Positions 42,634-51,177 of a DNA stretch of 64,000 nucleotides are shown here, one piece after another. Source of the stretch: Longimicrobiales bacterium (GTDB taxonomy: Bacteria; Gemmatimonadota; Gemmatimonadetes; Longimicrobiales; RSA9); contig DATKDR010000096.1 in the NCBI GenBank assembly GCA_035512635.1, positions 9,452 to 73,451 of the forward strand. Direction: 5' to 3'. Each line of letters begins with the position of its first letter. The first letter of the stretch is position 1. Made by a program: the position numbers and the translations under genes. A model generated the notes under the pieces. That model searched no databases. It had not been told where the DNA came from and was given only the letters and a program-made list of their open reading frames with translations.

Positions 42634-42731
42634 CAGCGGTCGCACTCCGGACAGAAGAGGAGGTCCCGCTCGCGCACCACGACGCAGCAGGCACACACGC
42701 CGCGGTCACACGCGACGCAACGGTACTCCAT
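42633..42731 (-). CDS. Tiny Cys-rich ORF (32 aa, CxxC...CxCC...CxxC)
   Basis: MEYRCVACDRGVCACCVVVRERDLLFCPECDR. Its TGA overlaps the ATG of the Ku fragment as ATGA. There is no other support for it. Confidence 0.3.
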   Translation of the reverse strand: MEYRCVACDRGVCACCVVVRERDLLFCPECDR

Positions 42732-42868
42732 CTCGTAGGCTACGAGAGCACCTTCCTCGCCTTCGCCTTCGCTTTCGTCGTCGCCTTCATCGACCCGCCC
42801 GGGTGCATCGTCCGTGCCGGTCGGCAGCGGATCCGGGCGCGAGCGGGGCGCCGCGTGAAAGCGGCGGG

Positions 42869-44242
42869 TCACTCCGGCGGCGGGCCGCCTTCGAAGCTCC
42901 AGAGCGCGGGGCCATCCGTCGTGCGGGCGACGTGGAAGCGCGCGGGCGAGCCCGGCCCGACCTGCGGCCCATGCGAGAGCTCGAGCGCTTCGGCCGCCGC
43001 CACGACGTAAAGGCCGTCGACGTCGAGCGTGTCGATGGCATCGCGTCCTCCGAGGTCGCCCACCTCGATGATGAAGCCGTCGCGCCGACGCACGGGATCG
43101 CGGTACTCGATCATGAGGTCCGCGCGCACGGGCTCCAGACCCGGCACGACGAGGTACCCGCCGCGCACGAGCAGATCCGGCAGCGTGCGGCCGTTGGAGG
43201 GCAGCTCGCTGTACAGACGCTCGTCGAAGCGCGTGTAGCTGCCGTCGGCGATGGCATTCAGCGCGGCGAGCAGGCCGACGAAGTTGACCATGCGCAGGTA
43301 CTGCTTCTCCGGATCGTCGCGCCAGCCGCCCGACTCGACCAGCACCGCGCTCGCGCCCCATGTCGTGGTGAGATCCCCGAACGCGCGCGGGTTGAAGCTG
43401 TCGTCGTAGCGGGCGATGTGACCGCCGACCAGTGGCTCGACGGCCTGCCGGAACGCGGCCGCGACACGCATCGCGCCCAGGCGCACGTCGTTCACCTCGC
43501 GAGACTCGTCGAATGCCGGCGACAGCAGCGCGATCGCGACGCCGGCGTCGGTACGCCCGACGCGCGTGCCCACGTCCTGATCGTGCAGGTTGAACGCGAA
43601 CTGCGGCCGCATCTCGTCGTACACGCGCTTCAGCGTGCGGCCTTCCGGAGTCGCGAGCGCGCGCGCGTCGCGATTGATGTCGATGCCGTACGCGTTCCGC
43701 CGCTGGAACCGCTGCGCACCGTCCGGATTCAGCATCGGGATGGTGGTGACCGTCAGGTTCTCGAGGATCGCGCGCGCGACCGGATGGTCGGCCTCGCGCT
43801 CGACGAACGCGTAGATGTCGGCCAGCGCCATGGTCGCGGTCGACTCGTCGCCGTGCATCTGCGACCACATCAGCACGCGCACCGGACCCTCGCCGAAGCT
43901 CACGCTGCGGATCGGCCGGTTCTCGACGCTGCGACCGACCTCCTCGACGCGCAGGCGGGTCGAGCCTTCCAGGATTGGGGGCAGCGCCGACCACAGCTCC
44001 GCGTGGTCGAACGTGCGCAGCTCGAGGCCGGGCACGCGCACGGCCGCGTGCGCGTCGCGCAGGCCCGACGGGACGGCCGGCGCGGGCGTCGGCGCGATGG
44101 AAGCGGCTTCCCTGCTGGTCATCGGTTCAGCGTCTCTCTCGTCCGTGGCGTCCGTGGCGTCCGTGGCCTCCGATCCATCGCCCGCGCCGTGCGCGCACCC
44201 GAGCACGGCCACGAGCGCGACGAGGCGCAACGTGTTCCTCAT
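42869..44242 (-). CDS. M14-family zinc carboxypeptidase, secreted
   Basis: It has a signal peptide/lipobox (LVALVAVLGCAHG), the zinc motif SQMHGDESTAT, and NPDGAQRFQRRNAYGIDINRD. Its ATG overlaps the upstream gene stop as ATGA. Confidence 0.8.
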   Translation of the reverse strand: MRNTLRLVALVAVLGCAHGAGDGSEATDATDATDERDAEPMTSREAASIAPTPAPAVPSGLRDAHAAVRVPGLELRTFDHAELWSALPPILEGSTRLRVEEVGRSVENRPIRSVSFGEGPVRVLMWSQMHGDESTATMALADIYAFVEREADHPVARAILENLTVTTIPMLNPDGAQRFQRRNAYGIDINRDARALATPEGRTLKRVYDEMRPQFAFNLHDQDVGTRVGRTDAGVAIALLSPAFDESREVNDVRLGAMRVAAAFRQAVEPLVGGHIARYDDSFNPRAFGDLTTTWGASAVLVESGGWRDDPEKQYLRMVNFVGLLAALNAIADGSYTRFDERLYSELPSNGRTLPDLLVRGGYLVVPGLEPVRADLMIEYRDPVRRRDGFIIEVGDLGGRDAIDTLDVDGLYVVAAAEALELSHGPQVGPGSPARFHVARTTDGPALWSFEGGPPPE

Positions 44243-45099
44243 CGCCAGCCCTCCGCGTGATCGCGCGCGAACGTGTCGAACGAGGTGGGCGCGCGACCGA
44301 GCAGAGCGCGCGTCTCCTCCGAGACGGCGGCGCGCTCGCCGCCGCGAATTGCCTCGAGCAGGCCGACGAAGGTCGCGGCCTGTTGCGCGCTCCAGTCGTC
44401 GGCGAGCAGGAGGCCGCGCATGCGCTCGTCATCGATCTGCTCGTAGCGAACCGGCTTGCCGGCGGCGGCCGCGATCGCGGCGGCGACCTCGTCGTGGCTC
44501 AGCGCGGCCGGGCCCGTGAGCATGTAAGCGGCGCCGAAGTCGTCGTCGCGCCCCAGCACGATGCTCGCGATCTCGGCGACGTCGCGGACGTCCACGAAGC
44601 TGACGCGCCCGTCGCCCGCCGACAGGCGGAACACGCCGCTCGAGCGGATGGACGCGGCCACGAAGCCGCGCGCGAAGTTCTGCATGTAGATGTTGGGGCG
44701 GAGCAGCGTCCAGGCGACGCCCGTGTCTATGATGTGGCGCTCCACGCGGTGCAGCGCGAGCTGCTCGCGCACCTCGGCGCCCATGGCCGACACCAGCACG
44801 ACGTGGCGCGAGCCGGACTGCACGATCCAGTCGATGAACGGCACGAGCCGCTCGTCGGCGTCGGGGTCGAACGGCGGTGGGACCAGGAACAGCCTGTCCG
44901 CCCACTGCACCGCGGCGTCCCACGACTCGGTGACGTCGTAGTCGAGATGCACCACCTCGACGGCGTCCGCGAACAGCTTTGCGCAGCGCTCCGGACTGCG
45001 CGTCCCCGCCTTCACCTCGACGCCCCGCTTGAGCAGCCGGCGGATCAGCTCTCCGCCGAGCTTACCCGTGGCGCCCGTGACCAGGATTTTCTCGGGCAT
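44239..45099 (-). CDS. NmrA-like / atypical SDR NAD(P)-binding protein
   Basis: The start is re-called to the second Met (MPEKILVTGATGKLGGELIRRLLKRG), giving a Rossmann GxxGxxG motif. Confidence 0.75.
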   Translation of the reverse strand: MPEKILVTGATGKLGGELIRRLLKRGVEVKAGTRSPERCAKLFADAVEVVHLDYDVTESWDAAVQWADRLFLVPPPFDPDADERLVPFIDWIVQSGSRHVVLVSAMGAEVREQLALHRVERHIIDTGVAWTLLRPNIYMQNFARGFVAASIRSSGVFRLSAGDGRVSFVDVRDVAEIASIVLGRDDDFGAAYMLTGPAALSHDEVAAAIAAAAGKPVRYEQIDDERMRGLLLADDWSAQQAATFVGLLEAIRGGERAAVSEETRALLGRAPTSFDTFARDHAEGWR

Positions 45100-45235
45100 G
45101 CGTGCGATAAGAGGGTGCCCGCGCCGCGCGGGCAAGGCCCGCCGTCAGGGTTCAGGCGGCGTACCCCCGCGACGGAGGCGTCTGAAGGCGACCTTCGTCG
45201 AGTTGACTCCCGCGTGAAAGGATCGGCGAAACGAC

Positions 45236-45268
45236 GAGCGCCGCAGTCGATGATTCGCTGCGGCGCTC
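45236..45268 (-). terminator. Hairpin downstream of tRNA-Leu (possible terminator)
   Basis: An 11-bp perfect stem (gagcgccgcag / ctgcggcgctc) has an 11-nt loop. On the minus strand it is followed only by a weak U tract (GUCGUUUCG). Confidence 0.35.
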
Positions 45269-45274
45269 GCTCGA

Positions 45275-45357
45275 TGCCCGGGGAGGGAGTCGAACCCTCA
45301 AGCCGTTGCCGGCAACGGATTTTGAGTCCGCTGCGTTTGCCATTTCGCCACCCGGGC
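45275..45357 (-). tRNA. tRNA-Leu (anticodon CAA)
   Basis: The minus strand reads GCCCGGGTGGCGAAATGGCAAACGCAGCGGACTCAAAATCCGTTGCCGGCAACGGCTTGAGGGTTCGACTCCCTCCCCGGGCA. It has a 7-bp acceptor stem, the anticodon loop CT-CAA-AA, a long variable arm, and the T-loop GGTTCGACTCC. CCA is not encoded. Confidence 0.85.
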
Positions 45358-45426
45358 GGCCAAGCCTTTAAAGATAGCGGAAACGGGCGCGCTCTTCTAC
45401 CCGCAGAAGGGCTTTGTCTCTCCGGT

Positions 45427-46200
45427 CTACTGGAGCGATTTGGGCGGTCCGAGGACTTCGGCGAGGACGATGGCGCGGCGCACCTGGCCGAGATCGCCGA
45501 TGCCGAGCCGCTGCTGGAGGCTCGGTACGCGCGCGGCTTCCGCCTCCGACCCGATCTCGATGTCGCGATCGCGCAGCCGCGTGTGGAAGGCGACGTGCCG
45601 CCGCTCGCTGGTCTCGTCCGAGGCGAACGAGCTCGCTTCGGCCCGGGGCGCCTCGTCCCACGACCAGTCGCGCAGGTCCTCGTAGCGGGCGCGCGCAATG
45701 CCCTCCGCGGCGTCGTCGTAACCGATCGTCTCGCGGCCGACGTTTTCGTAGCTGACGCCCTCGATCGAGTCGACGGCGTCTTCCTCGTCCCAGGGCGGCG
45801 AGGTGACCCAGCCGCCGGGCTCCGCGGGCGCGGGGTCCTCTTCGTATTCCGGCTCGGGGAGCGGCGGCACGCGAGCGGGCGGCTGCGGACGCGGCGGGGG
45901 CGTGCCGCCGGTCAGAATCGCCCACAGGTCGTCGGGTACCATGTCGGCGGCGCTGTCGCGCCCCGTCGATGCGGTGGTCGGCGTCCCGGCCGTGGTCCGC
46001 GTGCCGGCCCGTGTGCCGGCGCCGACGGATCCGCCGCTCTCCCGGGTCTCGACGCCGCCCGCCCGCTGCTTCGCTTCGTTCGCGCGCCGCTGCTCTTCCG
46101 CGCGGCGCCGCTGCTCCTCCTGCTTCCGCTTCGCCGATTTCGCGCCGAAAATCGACCAGAGGATGATGAGGATTAACGGGATGAGCTCGAAGCCGTCCAC
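45427..46200 (-). CDS. Membrane-anchored hypothetical protein downstream of floA (positional analogue of YqfB)
   Basis: It has an N-terminal TM (LIPLILIILWSIFG), a Lys/Arg/Glu-rich helix, then a Pro/Thr/Gly-rich acidic disordered region. It starts 6 nt after the floA stop. Confidence 0.5.
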   Translation of the reverse strand: MDGFELIPLILIILWSIFGAKSAKRKQEEQRRRAEEQRRANEAKQRAGGVETRESGGSVGAGTRAGTRTTAGTPTTASTGRDSAADMVPDDLWAILTGGTPPPRPQPPARVPPLPEPEYEEDPAPAEPGGWVTSPPWDEEDAVDSIEGVSYENVGRETIGYDDAAEGIARARYEDLRDWSWDEAPRAEASSFASDETSERRHVAFHTRLRDRDIEIGSEAEAARVPSLQQRLGIGDLGQVRRAIVLAEVLGPPKSLQ

Positions 46201-46206
46201 GAGTCG

Positions 46207-47199
46207 CTACTCCTCGCGCCGCGGCATCGTGTCGTTCTCCCCGCCGGCGATCGATTCCCGCATGTCGGTGTCGGCGACCATGTTGCGATAACGCGCGTAA
46301 TCCATGATGCCGAGGTTGCCCGAACGGAACGCTTCGGCCATCGCGAGCGGCACCTGCGCCTCGGCCTCGACGACCCGCGCGCGCATCTCCTGCACGCGCG
46401 CCCTCATCTCCTGCTCGTGCGCGACCGCCATGGCGCGTCGCTCCTCGGCCTTCGCCTGCGCGATGCGCTTGTCCGCCTCGGCCTGATCCGTCTGGAGCTC
46501 GGCGCCGATGTTCTTGCCGACGTCGACGTCGGCGATGTCGATCGACAGGATCTCGAACGCCGTGCCCGCGTCCAGGCCCTTCGCGAGCACCGTCTTGGAG
46601 ATGTTGTCGGGGTCCGCGAGCACCGCCTTGTGGGAGGCCGCCGAACCGATGGTCGAGACGATGCCCTCGCCGACGCGCGCGAGAATCGTGTCCTCGCCCG
46701 CGCCGCCGACCAGCCGGTTGATGTTCGCGCGCACGGTAACTCGCGCGAGCGCGATGAGCTGGATGCCGTCCTTTGCCATCGCGGCGACGCGCGGCGTGTT
46801 GATCACCTTCGGGTTGACCGAGACCTTGACCGCCTCGAGCACGTCGCGGCCGGCCAGGTCGATGGCGGCCGCCTGCTGGAACGGCAGCTGGATGTTCGCC
46901 TTGTCGGCCGAGATGAGCGCCTTCACCACGCGGTCGACATGGCCGCCGGCCAGGTAGTGACCCTCGAGCTGCTTAGTGGTCAGCTCGATGCCGGCCTTGG
47001 TGGCCGCGATCAGCGGACGGACCACCGCCGCCGGGCTCACCTTGCGCAGGCGCATGCCGACGAGGTCGCCGATGCCGACGCGGACGCCGGCGGAGATCGC
47101 CTCGATCCACAGACGCACCGGCACCGCCCAGACGACGATCAGCACGATGACCGCGACGAGAATCAGAAGCAGCGGCGGAAAAGCGTTCAACCCTTCCAT
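46207..47199 (-). CDS. floA: Flotillin-like protein FloA (UPF0365/YqfA family)
   Basis: The start is re-called to ATG 47199 ([39 protein letters not shown]). It has the conserved motifs [21 protein letters not shown] and [22 protein letters not shown]. Confidence 0.85.
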   Translation of the reverse strand: MEGLNAFPPLLLILVAVIVLIVVWAVPVRLWIEAISAGVRVGIGDLVGMRLRKVSPAAVVRPLIAATKAGIELTTKQLEGHYLAGGHVDRVVKALISADKANIQLPFQQAAAIDLAGRDVLEAVKVSVNPKVINTPRVAAMAKDGIQLIALARVTVRANINRLVGGAGEDTILARVGEGIVSTIGSAASHKAVLADPDNISKTVLAKGLDAGTAFEILSIDIADVDVGKNIGAELQTDQAEADKRIAQAKAEERRAMAVAHEQEMRARVQEMRARVVEAEAQVPLAMAEAFRSGNLGIMDYARYRNMVADTDMRESIAGGENDTMPRREE

Positions 47200-47266
47200 T
47201 GGATATTCCGTCGTTCGAGTGAGTTCAGTTCTTCGGCGTGCGACGCGATGCGCGCCGCCCGCCGCC

Positions 47267-48631
47267 CTAGGCCTGTGGTCGTACGACCAGCCGATAGCCT
47301 TCGGAGCTGATGATGCTGATGCGCGTGCCCGCCGGAATGAAGCCCGCCTCGGCGACCACGTCCAGCCGCTCGTCGCCGAAGACGCCGGCGCCGGCGGGCC
47401 GCAGATCCGTCGCGGCGACACCGATCGCCCCCAGCAGCTCGCGCCGCGCGGGCGCGGACAGGTAGCCGATGTCGCGTCCCAGCTCGTCGCGCAGCAGCAC
47501 GCCCGAGCGCGCGAGCCGCGTGCTCTTCGGCAGCGCGCGCAGCAGCGCCCAGGCGCCGCCCACCAGCATGACGCCCGTGATCGAGAGCACGAGCGCGGCC
47601 TGGCTGTAATCCTCGGCGGTCGGCAGATGGCCGATGAGACTCAGGTAGATGGCGGCCAGCACGGCGAGGATGCCGCCGATGCCGACGAATCCGAAGCCGG
47701 GCACGACGAGGACCTCCACCAGGATCAGGGCGAGCCCCACGACCAGGAGGATGACCTCCTCCCAGCCGGCGAGCCCCACGATCATGTGCGCCCCGAAGAA
47801 GAGCGCGAGCGAGACGAGACCCGCGGCGCCGGCCAGGCCGAAGCCCGCCGTCTTGATCTCGATGATCAGGCCGAGGAATCCGATCGACAGCAGGAACGGC
47901 GCGACGATGGGATGCGTGAAGAAGCGCACCAGCTGCTCGGCCCAGTTCTCGTCGGTCGAGACCGTGCGCGCGTCCGGGAGGCCGATCTTCTCGAGCAGGT
48001 CGTCCCAGTCCTCCACCGCGACGGCGTAGTTGAGCCCCACCGCCTCGGCAGTCGTCAGCGTGAGCAGACGGCCGCGCTCCGTGACGCCTTCGATTTCGAT
48101 CTCTTCGTCCACCATCGCCTCGGCGACGCGCGGGTCGAGGCCCCGCTGCTCCGCGAGCGTGCGCATCTCGCTGCGCATCGCGCTGACGATCTTTTCGGGC
48201 GCAGTCTCCCCCGTCCCCGTAATCGGCGTCGCGGCGCCCATCACGGCGCCCTGCCGCATGTAGACGCGCTGCGTGGCGAGCGCGATGAGCGCACCGGCGG
48301 AGTACGCGCGGCGGTTCACGTACGCGTAGACCGGGAGCGGCGCATCTTCCAGCGCGTTCGCGATGCGCTGCGCCGCGTCCACGCGTCCGCCCGGCGTCTC
48401 GATGTCCAGCACCACCGCGTCGGCGCCCGCCGCTTCCGCTTCGAGAATGCTGCGCTCGATGAAGGGGGCCAGGCCCAGCTCGACGACGCCGGTGACCGGC
48501 ACGCGGTAGACCAGCGGGTCGCCGTCGATGGGGCGCTCGTCCGGGTCCGCGCCACCGTCGCATGCACCCAGCATCAGGCTCGCACCGAGGCCGAGCAGCG
48601 CGAGGCTGCCGAGTCCGCGCACGATCCTCAT
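47267..48631 (-). CDS. nfeD: NfeD-family membrane-bound ClpP-class serine protease
   Basis: The start is re-called to ATG 48631, overlapping the upstream stop as ATGA. It has the motifs [13 protein letters not shown] and [12 protein letters not shown], a multi-TM middle region, and a C-terminal NfeD OB domain. Confidence 0.8.
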   Translation of the reverse strand: MRIVRGLGSLALLGLGASLMLGACDGGADPDERPIDGDPLVYRVPVTGVVELGLAPFIERSILEAEAAGADAVVLDIETPGGRVDAAQRIANALEDAPLPVYAYVNRRAYSAGALIALATQRVYMRQGAVMGAATPITGTGETAPEKIVSAMRSEMRTLAEQRGLDPRVAEAMVDEEIEIEGVTERGRLLTLTTAEAVGLNYAVAVEDWDDLLEKIGLPDARTVSTDENWAEQLVRFFTHPIVAPFLLSIGFLGLIIEIKTAGFGLAGAAGLVSLALFFGAHMIVGLAGWEEVILLVVGLALILVEVLVVPGFGFVGIGGILAVLAAIYLSLIGHLPTAEDYSQAALVLSITGVMLVGGAWALLRALPKSTRLARSGVLLRDELGRDIGYLSAPARRELLGAIGVAATDLRPAGAGVFGDERLDVVAEAGFIPAGTRISIISSEGYRLVVRPQA

Positions 48632-49272
48632 CGCCCGTCCTCCACCGGCCGCTCCGTGCCCGGACACTCGCCGGCGAGCAGCGCCTCGGCGTAGTGGGCC
48701 CGCTGGAGCGCGCGCTCGAAGTCGCCGTCGGCAAACGCGTCGCGCGCGTGCATCAGCAGGCGCCGGCCGCGATCGATCGCGATGATGGCGCCGGCACCGG
48801 CCGATCCATCCGTCCTTCCGCAGCGTGCCTCCGCGGCTGCTGCGGCGGCGATGCGACGCTCCGCGACCGCCAGTCCGGTCGTGCGCATCAGGTGCGCCCG
48901 CGCGGCGATCAGCGCTGCCACGGCCGCGCCGCGCTCGCCGGCCGCCTCCAGCCGCGCTGCGTCCTCGAGCGACGCCCGACCGGCGGCGACCTCGGCACGC
49001 AGCGCAGGCAGTCCGGCAAGTGAGGACGGCTCGCTGGCCAGGCGAACCTCCGCCGCGTCGAGCCAGAGGGCCAGATCGCCGAGCACCGAGCGGAAGGCGA
49101 CCTCGTCCATGGCTTCGGCGCCGGCCAGGGAGGGCAGCGGCACCGATACCTCGAGCGCCGCGCGCGCGTGCTCGGCGACGATGAACGCAGCGGGTTCCGT
49201 GGGTGCGTCGCCGCAGGCTGCGGCGAGGAGCACCGCGATCGATGCGGCAGCCCGGAGAGGAATACGGCTCAT
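48628..49272 (-). CDS. Hypothetical Ala-rich lipoprotein, first gene of the NfeD-FloA operon
   Basis: The start is re-called to ATG 49272 (MSRIPLRAAASIAVLLAAACGD, a lipobox). The rest is predicted helical and Ala/Arg/Glu-rich. No family was recognised. Confidence 0.5.
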   Translation of the reverse strand: MSRIPLRAAASIAVLLAAACGDAPTEPAAFIVAEHARAALEVSVPLPSLAGAEAMDEVAFRSVLGDLALWLDAAEVRLASEPSSLAGLPALRAEVAAGRASLEDAARLEAAGERGAAVAALIAARAHLMRTTGLAVAERRIAAAAAAEARCGRTDGSAGAGAIIAIDRGRRLLMHARDAFADGDFERALQRAHYAEALLAGECPGTERPVEDGR

Positions 49273-49463
49273 TCTGTAAGCGGAAAGTAGGGGTCGGCTA
49301 CCGCAAACGTATGCGCCAGAAGGACGAACGGCAACTGCGCGGCCGGCGCCGACTTGCAGGGCCCGGAGGGCCGGCCTAGCTTCCCCGGCGCCGTTCGGAC
49401 AGTTGTTCGAAACGGGCGCGGAGGCTGCTTTTTCGACGTTCCGCACCGCCCCGGGAGCCCGCG

Positions 49464-50120
49464 ATGAGCACCGCTCGCATCGCCTACGACGACAAGCTCG
49501 AGAGGATCCTGCGGATCGCCGCGGAGGTTTTCTCGGAGAAGGGGTATCACCGGGCCAGCATCCGGGACATCAGTCGGGCGACGGGCGTCAGCCTCTCGGG
49601 GCTGTACTACTACGTCGACAGCAAGGAGGAGCTGCTCTACCGGATCCAGGAGCACGGCTTTGGCACGCTGCTGGCCAACCTGGACGAGCTGCTCGCGGGC
49701 GTGACCGACCCGCACCGGAAGCTGCGGCTGCTGGTCGAGAACCACCTCCGCTACTTCGTCGGCAACATGAAGGAGATGAAGGTGTTGTCGCACGAAGCGG
49801 AATCGCTTACGGGCGACATGCGGGAGGCGGTCGACGCGATGAAGCGGAGCTATTCGCGCATCGCCAAGGAAATTCTGGCGGAGCTGTCGGCGGGCGAGCC
49901 GGCCATCGACCTGCGGGTCGCGACCTACTCGCTCTTCGGCATGATGAACTGGATCTACAACTGGTACCACCCGGACCTGGACGTCGCGGTGGAGGAGCTG
50001 GCGGAGGACATCCATCGGCTTTTCCTGCGCGGATTCATCGGACGCGAGGACGCCGACATGCCGCCCGGTGCCGCCGAAGCAGCACCGGGTGACACGCGGC
50101 CCTCGATCTGGCGGCGCTGA
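49464..50120 (+). CDS. TetR/AcrR-family transcriptional regulator
   Basis: It has an N-terminal HTH (FSEKGYHRASIRDISRATGVSLSGLYYYVDSKEELL). Confidence 0.85.
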   Translation: MSTARIAYDDKLERILRIAAEVFSEKGYHRASIRDISRATGVSLSGLYYYVDSKEELLYRIQEHGFGTLLANLDELLAGVTDPHRKLRLLVENHLRYFVGNMKEMKVLSHEAESLTGDMREAVDAMKRSYSRIAKEILAELSAGEPAIDLRVATYSLFGMMNWIYNWYHPDLDVAVEELAEDIHRLFLRGFIGREDADMPPGAAEAAPGDTRPSIWRR

Positions 50121-50156
50121 GACGAAGCGGCACATCAACCATCAGGAGCAGGTTAA

Positions 50157-50987
50157 ATGGCGACGAAAGTGGACGAGCAGATCTCGGCGGGCAGCAAGAC
50201 CCTGGTCCGCTATGACACCAGAGGGGCGGTAGCGATCCTTACGCTCGAGGATGCACCCGCGAATACCTATACGCACGAGATGATGACGCAGCTCGATCAG
50301 GCGATCGTGCGCGCCCGCTTCGACGATGCGGTTCACGTCATCGTGCTGACGGGAGCCGGCGAGAAGTTCTTCTGTGCCGGCGCGAGCATCCAGATGCTGA
50401 ACACGGTCACACCCGAGTTCAAGTACGAGTTCTGCCTGCACGCGAACGAGACGCTGAACCGGTTCGAGCAGACGCCCAAGCTCGTCATCGCCGCGCTCAA
50501 CGGCCACACCGTCGGGGGCGGCCTGGAGATCGCCATGGCCGCCGACATTCGGATCGGCCGTCGCGGCGGCGGAAAGGTCGGCCTGCCGGAAGTGAACCTG
50601 GGCGTGCTCCCCGGCACCGGCGGCACCCAGCGTCTCGCCCGCCTGGTCGGCAAATCGAAGGCGATCGAGCTCATGGTCACCGGACGGACGTTCGGCATGG
50701 ACGAGGCGAAGGACCTCGGCATCGTCAACGACGTGTGGGACGCCGCCGATGCCGACGCGTTCATGGACGCCATCATCGAATACGCGCAGCAGTTCGCGCC
50801 GCCCAACATGGCGTCGATGGCGATCGGCCATATCAAGCGATCGGTCCAGACGGGCGCGGAGCTCCCGCTCCAGGACGGCCTCGCGATCGAGCGCGAGCTC
50901 CAGAGCCTGCTCTTCAAGAGCCGGGACGCGAAGGAAGGCCTGGCCGCCTACATCGAGAAGCGCAAGCCGGCCTTTACGGGCAAGTAG
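50157..50987 (+). CDS. Enoyl-CoA hydratase/isomerase (crotonase) family protein
   Basis: It has the crotonase motifs AALNGHTVGGGLEIAMAADIR and PEVNLGVLPGTGGTQRL. Confidence 0.85.
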   Translation: MATKVDEQISAGSKTLVRYDTRGAVAILTLEDAPANTYTHEMMTQLDQAIVRARFDDAVHVIVLTGAGEKFFCAGASIQMLNTVTPEFKYEFCLHANETLNRFEQTPKLVIAALNGHTVGGGLEIAMAADIRIGRRGGGKVGLPEVNLGVLPGTGGTQRLARLVGKSKAIELMVTGRTFGMDEAKDLGIVNDVWDAADADAFMDAIIEYAQQFAPPNMASMAIGHIKRSVQTGAELPLQDGLAIERELQSLLFKSRDAKEGLAAYIEKRKPAFTGK

Positions 50988-51027
50988 ATGCCGACGCCGC
51001 CGATCGTCGCGGCCTCGGTCGGACTGC

Positions 51028-51057
51028 GGGGCGGCGCGAAGTGCGTCGCCCCTTTTT
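51028..51057 (+). terminator. Rho-independent terminator after the first crotonase gene
   Basis: The stem is ggggcggcg / cgtcgcccc (one G-U pair) with the loop cgaagtg, followed by TTTTT at 51053-51057. Confidence 0.6.
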
Positions 51058-51120
51058 CGCGTGGACGGTAGACGGTAGGCCGTCTGCGAATCCCGGCGCT
51101 GCGGCGGGCAACGCGCTGCG

Positions 51121-51169
51121 ACGCCGGATACCGGACGCCGGATACCGGATACGAATGCCGAATACGAAG
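51121..51169. repeat. Heptad array ACGCCGG ATACCGG ACGCCGG ATACCGG ATACGAA TGCCGAA TACGAAG
   Basis: Seven units of period 7 were read directly. The last unit merges into the GAAGGAG Shine-Dalgarno of the aldehyde dehydrogenase gene. Confidence 0.85.
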
Positions 51170-51177
51170 GAGTGGAG

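Noticed and set aside
41255-44260. Very long plus-strand ORF (1001 aa). Similar giants occur at 30854-33586, 37501-40029, 43975-46176, 3766-5301, 11699-13408, 25140-26894, 26122-27702 and 58875-60437.
   Set aside because: All lie antisense to genes with clear family motifs (gltA/M14, the kinase, the OMP, sdhA, carA, radA, rng and others). They are Arg/Ala/Gly/His/Pro-rich with no recognisable motifs. They are typical shadow ORFs of a ~70% GC genome, where stop codons are rare.
45136-45430. tRNA-Leu as an integration hotspot or genomic-island boundary.
   Set aside because: No integrase, no direct repeat of the tRNA 3' end, and no compositional shift were seen on either side. The neighbouring genes are ordinary.
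49273-49463. TetR operator or divergent promoters between the lipoprotein operon and the TetR gene (for example TTGCAG-N17-TAGCTT, and the imperfect palindrome ccgttcggacagttgttcgaaacgg).
   Set aside because: The matches are poor (3/6 in the -10 element, many palindrome mismatches). They are not supportable without comparative or experimental data.
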